Of a stretch of DNA of 64,000 nucleotides, positions 11,401 through 22,900 are shown piece after piece. The notes below the pieces were generated by a model. That model was given only the letters and a program-made list of their open reading frames with translations. It was not told the origin of the DNA and did no database searches. Origin of the DNA: Hormiphora californensis (Eukaryota > Animalia > Ctenophora); NCBI GenBank assembly GCA_020137815.1, contig CM035352.1, positions 9,176,001 through 9,240,000 on the forward strand, read 5' to 3'. The translations under genes were made by a program, and so were the position numbers. Positions within the stretch are counted from its first letter, which is position 1, and every line of letters begins with the position of its first letter.

Positions 11401-14300
11401 AGTGTTCCTTCAACTGAGAATTACATTTACTATCAACCAACTGGATTTACAGGTAAGTTAATGAACATTCAGGGGCTAGCGCAAATTTTTAAACCCCATG
11501 GGGTTTGGCAGCTTAGTGGTATAGCTCCGAGCATGTCTCTCTGGAGGTCCCTGTATGGCGGCGCCATACCCCATTTGATTCTCAGATGGGTCGCGGCGCC
11601 AGAAATGGAGGTCCCTGGTTCGATTCCCGGTCAAACCCAGTATTTTTCGATTTTCTTCCCTATTTAATTCTTGCTCAGATCTCTTTTTTCAGAATTACGT
11701 TATCTTGATCGATATCTTGAATTTACTATACAATACAACATACACTACAACATTGTTTTAGGAGGTTTGGTTAGCAGTTTCTCTATTTGCACCTGGATAA
11801 AACTTGTCGATGGCACTGAGTACAATCCACGTGAGTTAATGTCATCCAATAATTCTCAGTTAATATAATATAGATAACCCCGGCTAGCGGAGGGATGATA
11901 TAATCCGCTTGAACAGGCTGATAAATGGTGATATATGTATATCAGGTAGCTTAGATAAAATGAAATTAGACGGGTCATTGCTACAATAAAACCCCGTCTA
12001 TTATTGTCCATCCCTGACTTGTTGACTATTAACATGTATTATTATATTTGCCAAGCTAGACTGTGTTTCGCCCTGTCCCCGAAACACAAATGTTAAGGGA
12101 GGGTTAGAACATAACAAGTAATATTTCAGGGTGGTTCGCTACTATATCCGGCGGTAAGATGATGCTGGGAATCACTTCCGACAACAACTTCGTGTTTTCC
12201 ACGGAGGGGCAACAGAACACACACTCGGTAAGTGTGTTTGTTGAAAGGGCCAGGGGAACTCAGGTTTCCCGTTTCAGTTTGATTTCCCTTTAAATAGTTT
12301 AAACAATGATAAAACATGTGTAATGTTTCAGGCGAGTATCCCACTTGGTACGTGGTTGCATGTGTGTGGGATGAGGGATCCCACTGAAAACACGTTATGT
12401 GTGGATGGGACATGTGAAACACACACTTCCACAACCACCAGAACTGATTTGGATCTTTCTAATGACTGGCTGTCAATCGGTCAGGTATGTTTCCGATTAC
12501 GTTCTAACTAGGATATATCTCATACCTGATTGTATTCAGAGTTTAAACCTGGAACCCAGCCCCCTTGATTCACCTGTGTATTAACAATTCAACCCCCGCC
12601 CCACAACACCCCACCCCACCCCACCCACCATCCACCTCACCCCACACCACCCCACCCGCCCTCCACCCCACCCGCCCACCATCCACCTCCGCCCCACCTC
12701 CACCCCACCCCCCAATTCTAGGTGGATAGTGATGATTCTGCTCAAACTGTCCAGTACCTTGCTGAACAGGCATGGATAGGTGAAGTTACACAAATGGACC
12801 TCTACTTTTACACACTTTCAACAGGGCAGGTCAACTACATGACCTCAACACGGACACCATGCAAGGTGGGTGGGAATCAATTATCAAATAACCCTGATTG
12901 CTCACCCTCTCTTGCCTAAACTTACTGTTAATTTGTTCAGGTTTTAGTAAGTTGGGATGAGATACTGCAGCAACCTCGGACGGGCGATGTTCTATTGTCT
13001 GAGTGTGGGGATAGCAAAGTATTAGAATGGCCTCTTCCATCATCCACAACAAACTACATACACTTTCTACCAACCAGCCTCAAAGGTACGTTGTCCCCCA
13101 CCCCTTACTCAACAAAAGGTGCGACCAGGAGTTATCTAATGGATAACAATGGATAATACTATGTTGCTAGTTGCAACCTCTTTCATTTCTCTCTCTGTAC
13201 TGTACTCGAATGAGGCCCGGATATATTCAACCAAGTCAAGCAATGTGTGCCGCATATTACACATTGTGTGGTATAATGTTTGATTTCTCAAATAGGGACT
13301 GTAACGATTGGTGACATCACGCTGTGTTCATGGGTCCTGTACCAGCAGTCTGACGCCACAAAGTGTAAGTATTGACCATAAACCGACCAAATCAGGAAAT
13401 ACTGGTCCCTGATTGGCTGATAACCAGTAACTTGACCTAAATAACGAGCTCTGATTGGCGACACGTCATGCTGAATGCTGTTTGTTCGTTTTTGCTGATG
13501 TGTGTGTTCCAAATCATCCCTTCCTCAACAACTCATGTCCTTCCAATTGAAAACTGACAAATATTTCAGCGTTTTTCATGGCTCTCGAGGGAGATATAGT
13601 GTCGCTCCAAATTGCTGATAACAAATTCAATATCTACACAGAGCTTCTGGAAGACGTCGGATATCAATATGGCAATGTAAGAAGACAATTCATCACACGT
13701 TGTCACATGAGGGGGAGGGAGGGGGGGGGGGTGGGGGGTCTGCACTGGATTCTGAGGCGCTGCCAGAAAGTGTGATGACATATGAAAGTTAGGATCATGG
13801 ACCCATTTTCGCAAATTCTTGAAACTCAGAACTTAAAACTGATATAATTTCCTTCAACATACTAATTAACATATTGTATACAATGCTCATAACATTTAGG
13901 TTGAGGTGCTGTATGATCAATGGAACCACGTCTGTGCTATACTGGCCATGGACTCCCACTCAACCTGTGTGAATGGAGAGTGTATTGTTATTTCTACAAT
14001 AGCCAGGACGAGAAACCTGGAGTGGACTGACAAATCTGTTGTTATGGGGCAGGTATGTGTTGTCTTAAAGTAAAGGGCCCGGTGTTATGGGGCAGATGTT
14101 AAAGTACAGGGCCCGGTGTTATGGGGCAGATGTTAAAGTACAGGGCCCGGTGTTATGGGGCAGATGTTAAAGTACAGGGCCCGGTGTCGCGGGCCTTGTA
14201 AGTAGTAGGAGACATTGTAAGCGTGGTGGATTGACACCATTGGATAGTCACCTCACATCTCCTTGTGCGCATACCACATTGATCCCTTCTTTACTCACCA

Positions 14301-14372
<72 letters not shown>

Positions 14373-15247
14373 TCTCTTCTCTCTCTCTGTCTCTCTCCTC
14401 CTCTGTCCCTCTCTCTCCTCTCCCCTCCTCCTCTCTCTCTCTCTCTCTCTCTCCTTCCCAGGAAATGGATGGATCATTTAGTAGCCCTTCCTTTGAATTG
14501 GTCCAGTCCTGGACGGGTAAAATATCGGATTTCAACATTTACCACTATGCGCTGAGTGAGGAAGAGATTTCTGAACTCGCTCGATACCCACCATGCGAGG
14601 TAATAATATGGGGTCCTAGCGTGGGGATAGATCCGTCAGGCCAATGCTCTGACTGCAGTCCAGGGTTCTCACACGGAAATAAATGAGAACAGGGCCAGGC
14701 CAATGCTTTAACAAAGCTAGCAAGTATAATCAGCAAGTATAATCAGTTGCTCAATTGGGTAGGTGGAAACCATTAACCAATTTGTGAAAAGTAAAACTAC
14801 TTTCTCGAATCCCCCACGCGATGTGAGCCATGTTACCAGTACTGATTATGTCAGGGTCCAGCCACGTTCCTGTCATGGGAGGAGGTGCTGATACAAGATA
14901 GACATGGGACTGTACTGACAGATGAGGATCTAGAAATTGGTAACTATGGCAAATATTATAGATGCAATTGATACTGGATATCGCTGATCAGCTAATTGTT
15001 GGTGCAGCTGTCCTATCTGCAGATTGCCGTTTCGCTAGCCGCCTTCCAGGAACCGACCGAATAAGGAAATACTGGTCCCTGATTGGCTGGTAACCAGTCA
15101 CGTGGCCTAAATAACGAGTTCTGATTGGTTGTTTACTTGTGTCGGTCGGTTCCTGCTGCCTTTCTTGGTTATCATAAACTTAGATATCGAGCCACTGCAG
15201 GAAATGTAGGGGGACCCCTCGATCAGGGCCCTCTTAAAACTGTCTGA
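8489..15247 (+). CDS. Secreted protein with four tandem pentraxin (LamG-fold) domains, >20 exons
   Basis: Signal-peptide exon 8489-8534 (MIFLPVILGLLIVQG). Exons 8601-8690, 8933-8995, 9068-9183, 9306-9458 and 9551-9688 give LEFP..STSNYI / FSVCGWIR / WNHVCVVY / IVIGQEPD..SQAFSGNLYQFDIFDSALS. The same motif series (L.FP..T.NYI, CTW, W.H.C, GQ/AQ-E.DG...F...Q...G.I..FN) recurs three more times to ~14600. Last exons are at ~14854-14939 and ~15185-15247; the later exon limits and stop are approximate. Confidence 0.85.
9733..9795 (-). mobile_element. Mini Helitron-like fragment (hairpin + CTAG end); related copy at 12056-12118
   Basis: Minus strand gtttcgcg-ggcg-cacgaaac followed by agagtCTAG; shared ggagggttagaacataacaa with the second copy and a partial copy near 61960. 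Confidence 0.5.
11501..11638 (+). pseudogene. tRNA-derived (pseudo-tRNA / SINE head) sequence interrupted by a hairpin insertion
   Basis: Acceptor-like stem GGGTTTG/CAAACCC, A-box-like agcttagtggtatagc, B-box ggttcgattcc, downstream T-run; anticodon arm degenerate. Confidence 0.5.
13395..13459. repeat. Short dispersed repeat (second copy 15064-15128)
   Basis: aggaaatactggtccctgattggctg(a/g)taaccagt...cctaaataacgag(c/t)tctgattgg present twice. Confidence 0.7.
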
Positions 15248-15580
15248 TGGCGCCGACCAGAGCTGAGCGCACAAGATAGATATATCTGATATACCTCAGA
15301 GGAGGTAGAGCAATACAATGCCTTGCAGTCAACTCGAATTGTTATCCAGAGGGTTCTGAAAGGCTTGGTATTTACCTAGCGGCTCCCTATTATAACTCTC
15401 AAAATCTGACAATTTGATTGGAGCTACTTCGCCTGACACGATCCTTACAGTAAAATGTAGAAAACCTTGAGTCGCCTGACTCTATGTCCACTGACCATGC
15501 TATGAACAACTCAAAGAAAACCTTCTTGAAAGAAACATTTACATGGCAAATGAACAATAATTGCTGAATGATTTAAACTA

Positions 15581-15717
15581 CAGTCGGACCCCCATTTACA
15601 CTGGAAATACCCGGTGGAAAGGATTTTCCCGGTATATAATCGGCGGGGTCGAATACCTGTCAGTCAAGTCTCTATATCGGGGAAATTTACCCGCACGGTA
15701 AATCGGGGTCCGACTGT
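15581..15717. mobile_element. Short Tc1/mariner/pogo-type MITE
   Basis: TA-cagtcggacccc ... ggggtccgactg termini; same family as 41139-41551. Confidence 0.65.
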
Positions 15718-16133
15718 TTCGTATGCTTCGTTTCATTATATTATGTTCGCTTACTATAAAATTAGGACTTTCTTCTAGGGTAAAATAGTTTCACTCTTCA
15801 GCCCTGTTTGCAAATCCTCAATCACCCTAACAAAGGGATTTCCCACAATCGCCCTTGTTGCTCACTCAACAAGATCGCCCAATATTCTCATATTTTCTAA
15901 ACTATTTTCTTAAAATAAATTACTGTCCTCTTCTCGGTACTAGTGGTACTACCCGCTGCAGCAGTATACCTAGTATCCTCACTCTGTTATTTGAGTCTTT
16001 TGGTCTCTGTTCCTTCCTGCAGGATCTACCCATGATTAGTAACCATTGGTTAACATTGGTTACCATGGTTACCATGATTAGTAACCATTGGTTACCGGGC
16101 GTGCTACTACACGTGTATACACATGTCTCTCCC

Positions 16134-16834
16134 TCATTTCCTCCTCTTCCTCCTCCTCTTCTTCTTGATTTTCTTAACCCGCCTAGTGCTGTTCCTGTTC
16201 TTCTCCTGGTGGTTATAACACAACTCCTCTGTAGAATACTTGGCTTCATAGTTCGTTATGAACTCGCTTGGGCAGATATTGATGGTTGACATACACGATT
16301 CTACAGTCCCGCAGTATCCACAATACGGGTCCCTGGCATTCACACATGCCTCACAAGTAGTGAATCGTCGGCATTGTGCTGTCGGTATTCGGAGGAGGAA
16401 ATCAGAGCCACTTGCCAGTACAAAGTTCTGAAACAATAGAGAGAGAGATCAATCAAACTGTTATTGAGGGTGATATGCGGGAGGGGGCAATGGTGTATCA
16501 TACTATCATGTTAGCTGTGCAGACAGGCTCGATTGTGTGTCGGCACGAGTTTGATGTGTTCTATTTGGAAATGTATCACATTTTGCAGCTGTGTGAGGAG
16601 GTGAGGTGCTGTTCAATAATGCCTGGTGAGGTGCAGTGTTCAGGTGGCATTGTCGGTTGTTCACCCTAGACATCTTGATTAGTTTATAGTGGGAAAAGTT
16701 CCTTTCCCCTAAATGATTCATTTCCTCTCTCTGTGTCTTTCTTTGTCTGTCTCTGTCTTTCTATATCTTTCTCTGTCGCCTCTCTATCTCTCTCTCTCTC
16801 TCTCTCTCTACCTCTCTCTCTCTCTCTCTCACCC

Positions 16835-16923
<89 letters not shown>

Positions 16924-19900
16924 TTCTCACATCTTCTCTAGGTGGCCTGTGGGTTAATGGAGTCTGGGAGGACGGAGTGCATGCTATTCAATTTAAGTCT
17001 CACTAGCCACACGGTAGAACTCTCTCTAGCCACACTAGAACTCTCTCTCTCCCACAACTAGCCACAGCAGAACTCTCTCTCCCACTAGTCATTATAACTC
17101 TCTCTCTCTCTCACTATAATATGTTTACATAGCAACGTCTTTGTTCATTCTTCACTAGGGGTTTACTCAGATGGTAAGGAATGGAAAGTTTTAAAGGTTT
17201 TTGGAATATATTCCCCCCTGCATCTTTTCCGGTTTCAGCGACTAGGCTAGCATGTCATTACCCTAGCTATTATATGACTTAATTCTTTTAACCTTTTTTT
17301 TCTCCGTACTACTCTTGAAGATAGATTCTTCCCATATTTACAACTTTTCTCCTTCTCTCCATCTCTCCATCTCAGCTCGGTTAACTCTCTCCTTCTCTCC
17401 ATCTCAGCTTGTTTTTCTCGTTCACGAAGTCACGTCTCGCTTTACTTCTCTTTATTTCCCAATGACATCACCCCCCCCCCCCTAGAATTACATAGCCGTG
17501 AAACAGCTAGTGTAGTGTTTACTCATGTAAGATGGAAAGATAGACTGATTTGTGTAATAGAATTAGCGAGAACCACCCAAGCAGCGCGAGACAGAACAGC
17601 TTATCGAGGTAGCTCCGAGAGGGGAAGGAGCTTATCGAGACAGCTCCCAGAGGAGGAGCTTATCGAGGCAGCTCTCAGAGGGGGGGGGGAGGAGCTTATC
17701 TCTTAAAGAATGTACCAACCAGACGAGCGTCTGTAGTGCAGTTGGTGACATTGACACCTATAATGTAATGCAACCTGTACAGTTGGAAGTATTTAAAGCC
17801 CTTCGTGAGAATGGATGAGTCAGTGTAGTAGGTGAAACTTTGCCCAAAGAAGAGTGAGGAATGAGACTCTACTTACGTCTCCCGGTGTTTTCACGAATGA
17901 GGAATGAGACTCTAAAGTTCTACTTACGTCTCCCGGTGTTTTCACCAGTTTCTCGACTGGACTGGAACTCTTCCTGACTCGGAACATATCAGCAATGTGA
18001 GACTTCCCCTTGATAATGACCATCTTGGTAAACTGCTGGTCCATCTTATTGTCTGAAATATTAAAGGAGGTTAATAGTCTTTAGAGTCTTTGGAGTGGGA
18101 GCTGCTGGGGGGATAGTCTTTGGAGTGGCCCGTTCATGAAGTAGATCGAGGAATACAAACTGATTTTATCTAAAACTAGTCACTGGAATGTGACACTGCA
18201 ATGTGAAACTGCAATAGTGCAATGTGAAGCTATGGCAGTATACCTATGTGGATAAGAAAGAGAACATCCATTCCACTGATCCTGTCTGCTGCTATTGCAG
18301 TGTACTTGACACACTCAGACCTGCAGATATGGTGAATAGTTACCATGCAACATGGGGTATAGTTACCATGGCAACATGGGGCATAGTTTTCAACAGTTTT
18401 CAAAAAGTGCACTTTTTCAGCACGATCTAGGGCTGTGATTCGTTAAGCTTCTTACCTCAATTCCCTCCCACACGTTACCTGTAGATGGGTCCGGATTGTG
18501 GTTGCTTTAGAGGATCTCTTAGGAAGTTGTACTTGTGAGCATCATGTAGAGACCGAGGGGAGGTGCACTCGTCAGACCTGCATAACACATGGGGTATTGT
18601 TACACATGTCACATGCAGGGGTGTTACTATTATAGACACGTGGTGGGAGGGTGTTACTATTAATATTATTCCAGCAAATACTATATTGGACTCATGTCAT
18701 GATGACACATGTTGTCAACGCATGGGCAATAAAGGTGCACGGAATTTATTCCACTGCAACATATTATGTGTTTTTAAGGAGCATATAATGTTATAAATTT
18801 GTTCTTGGGAACATTTAAGGCATGTTGCATTTTGAAACAACTTACCATGGCAACACATTGGTGGTAACCATGGCAACATATAGGTGGTAACCATGGCAAC
18901 ACATAGGTGGTAACCATGGTAACAACTTACACTGAGTCGATGGTATGATAGGTGGTAGTGGTTCTAACGACTTTAGCAAAGTGGGGTGACTTGAACGTCT
19001 TGTTGATGTTGTCCAGTGTGTAGGAGCAGATCGCAGATGATATACAGGGACTGTTGGGATCGTTCGAGAATATTCCATAGAGTACCCTGGGTGCTGAAAA
19101 GACGTGGAGAGGGGTTATTGAGAGAGGATGGGGGAGGGAGGGGGCTGGGGAGAAAGGGCGGGGGTAGGAGTTGGGCGGAAGGGGCCGAGATGGGAGCTGC
19201 TGGGGAAGGGGGTATAAAGTGACTGCTGGGATCATTCGAGAATATTCCATATAGAGTACCCTCGGTGTTGAAATCATTTGTTAATTACTCAACAAGAATC
19301 ACATGTCGCAGGTTATTGAGGGTGACAGCAGCTGTAATTTTAGAGAGAGACATTTAGGACGCTGACGTTATCAGGCAGGAGAAATGTCTAGGGAGAGAAG
19401 CAGGGGATGGGAGAGGGTATCATAGAGAGCCCAGGGAGAGAGAAAAGCAGGGGATGGGAGAGAGAGGGTGGGTATTATAGAGAGCCCAGGGGTATCGTAG
19501 AGAGGCCGGGATTTGTCATGCACTGCATGTTTACCAACCATGAAGAAGAAGCACCAAGTAATATTTTGTAATATTCTGTAATATATCAGCTGTACCTGAA
19601 TCATGTACATCATCTTCATGTACAATAGCTGCCCCGTCCACAAAGTTGAACAAGTAATCCTGGTACCCAGTCCCCGCTGCAGAGGGCGAGGCACACGTTA
19701 ATGTGGCCTTTGTAAATGTCCTGAAGTTTCTATTCAGCAGGAACCTGGACAGGGTAGAGATAAATTAGTGGAGGAGAACCTAGTGGGATAGACGGAGTTA
19801 GTACCCTGAATGAGTGAGAACCTAGTGGGGTAGACGGAGTTAGTGCCCTGAATGAGTGAGAACCTGGGGTAGACGGAGTTAGTGCCCTGAATGAGTGAGA

Positions 19901-22900
19901 ACCTGGGGTAGACGGAGTTAGTGCCCTGAATGAGTGAGAACCTGGGGTAGACGGAGTTAGTGCCCTGAATTAGTGGAGGAGAACCTAGTGGGGTAGACGG
20001 AGTTAGTGCCCTGAATGAGTGAGAACCTGGGGTAGACGGAGTTAGTGCCCTGAATGAGTGAGAACCTGGGGTAGACGGAGTTAGTGCCCTGAATGAGTGA
20101 GAACCTGGGGTAGACGGAGTTAGTGCCCTGAATGAGTGAGAACCTGGGGTAGACGGAGTTAGTACCCTGAATGAGTGAGAACCTGGGGTAGACGGAGTTA
20201 GTGCCCTGAATGAGTGAGAACCTGGGGTAGACGGAGTTAGTGCCCTGAATGAGTGAGAACCTGGGGTAGACGGAGTTAGTGCCCTGAATGAGTGAGAACC
20301 TGGGGTAGACGGAGTTAGTGCCCTGAATTAGTGGAGGAGAACCTAGTGGGGTAGACGGAGTTAGTGCCCTGAATGAGTGAGAACCTGGGGTAGACGGAGT
20401 TAGTGCCCTGAATGAGTGAGAACCTGGGGTAGACGGAGTTAGTGCCCTGAATGAGTGAGAACCTGGGGTAGACGGAGTTAGTGCCCTGAATGAGTGAGAA
20501 CCTGGGGTAGACGGAGTTAGTGCCCTGAATGAGTGAGAACCTGGGGTAGACGGAGTTAGTGCCCTGAATGAGTGAGAACCTGGGGTAGACGGAGTTAGTG
20601 CCCTGAATGAGTGAGAACCTGGGGTAGACGGAGTTAGTGCCCTGAATGAGTGAGAACCTAGTGTAGACGGAGTTAGTACCCTGAATGAGTGAGAACCTAG
20701 TGGGGTAGACGGAGTTAGTGCCCTAGAGGAGGAGAAATATTATTGAGGCCCATCAGACAAGGTTACGGAAAATTAGAAGGGATCAGAATGAGAGATTATC
20801 TGAATATCTGGGCCCAGCTGGGTCATCTAGGGAGTAAAGACATATCGGTATATTGCGGTAGTTATGGCCAGCCCATATCATGATAGCTCAGGTGATATTC
20901 TATAGAATGCAACCCCCTCTATACCGCTGCTCTACTACTACCAGGAGTGCCTGGCTTGCTCCTGTTCCCCCCACTGCTCTACTACAACTCCGAGTGCCTG
21001 GCTTGCTCCTGATGCTCACCATGCAACAAACTAGACAGTGAAGAGTATCAAGACATTAAATTAAATTACCCAAGCACATTTCATAAGCACACTGATCGTT
21101 GGTGGCTCTCACACGACCCCTCTTGAAGCTCTCAGTATCTCAGCCGCGTACACGCCCCCTTCAAACTAAAGCTAAGCGAGTACCCCTGGTTACCATGGTA
21201 ACTCACCTGTTTCCTCCGGGGTCCTGGAGGCAGACCCGGGCTATCCGTGAAGTCAGAATAGGGCTCGGGTAGCTGAATGCCAGTTCTTTGAACAGGAAGT
21301 ACATGTGATCTCCAATGGGTAGCATCGTTACGAAATTAGCATCTGAAAATGGAGATGGGGTTACCATGGGAGAGAATGGGTATCTAGAGGGGATGGGGAG
21401 TCATGGGAGAGGATGGGTGAATCTAAAGGGGAGGTGGGGTTACCATGGGAGAGAATGGGTGAATCTAAAGCAGGAAACGACCGAACCGGGTTTTTTTCCA
21501 CCGAACCGAACCGAACCGAATTTGAAAAACTTTTTTACCGAACCGAACCGAACCGAACCGAACCGAATTTCGGTAACCGAACCGAACCGAACCATACAAA
21601 ACTTTTTCTGTATAAATGTTTCTCTAAAAAGTCATGGAGAGCACCGATCAAGGTATTGAGAATCATTCTCTGAAATTTTGTCAATTTTGTGAAAAAAATT
21701 TCAAAGTCAATTTTATCGTAAATTTTCTATGTCAATTTTGCCGTACGAATCGTGTTGCGAATCGGTGATGCTATGCGGCAGTGCTCTCGCTAATTAACAG
21801 GATTTATTGAAACATGAATCGTTTCCCCTAAACTTCCTAATTAGATTTGATGGGGGATCACGTATCAGCATAATCCATCTCGGACCCACTAATTAGCAAC
21901 ATCACCCGCTTAGCAATACCGATTCGAAACACGATTCGTACGCAAAAATTGACATAGAAAATTTTCCATAAAATTGACTTTGAAAATTTTTACAAAGTTT
22001 TTTCACAAAATTAAATGTTTCTCTAAAAATTCACGGAGAGCATCGATCAAGGTATTGAGAATCATTACCTGAAATTTTGTGAAATTTTTTTTGTGAAAAA
22101 TATTTTAAGTAAATTATGGTATACGAATCGTGTTTCTAATCGACAATGCTAAACGGTAGTGATGTTGGTAATTAGTGGGTCCGAGATGGATTGTGCTGAT
22201 ACGTGATCCCCCATCAAATCTAATTAGGAAATTTAGAGAGACACGATTCATGGTTCGTTTAATCCTGCTAATTAGCAATAACATTCCCGTATAGCATTGC
22301 CGATTCGAAACACGATTCGTACGCAAAAATTGACATAGAAAATTTACGATAAAATTGACTTTGAAATTTTTTTCACAAAATTGACTTTGAAATTTTTTCA
22401 AACATTTTTTAACAAAATTTCAGAGAATGATTCTTAACACCTTGATCGGTGCTCTCCATGAATTTTTTGAAAAAAAAAGTTTCTGAATTTGTTGACCCTC
22501 TCATGAGGACACGATTCGACGGGAAGTCAGGTATCAAATCAATCCATATCGAACCCGCTAACTAGCGAAATCATTTCCACATAGCACCACCGATTCGAAA
22601 TAGGGTTAATACGGCGAAATTGACATTGAAATCCATACAATTTTCGTGAAATAATTGAAAAATTTTGCATGAAAAAGCCCGATTTCTGGGCATTTTTTGA
22701 CCAACAAATTCGGTGGTTCGGCCAAAATTTCCTACCGAACCGAACCGAACCGAACCGCCCAAAAAACACCGAATTTCCGAACCGAACCGAACCGAACCGA
22801 ATATTCGGTCGCTTCCTGATCTAAAGGGGGGAGGGGGTTACCATGGGAGATGATGGGTGAATCTAAAGGAGGAGGTGGGGTGTTGGGTTAACATTGGAGA

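Noticed and set aside
19780-20724. Regular arrays resembling CRISPR (also 36436-38050 and 46798-46943)
   Set aside because: Units are head-to-tail without unique spacers, the context is eukaryotic introns, and there are no cas genes.
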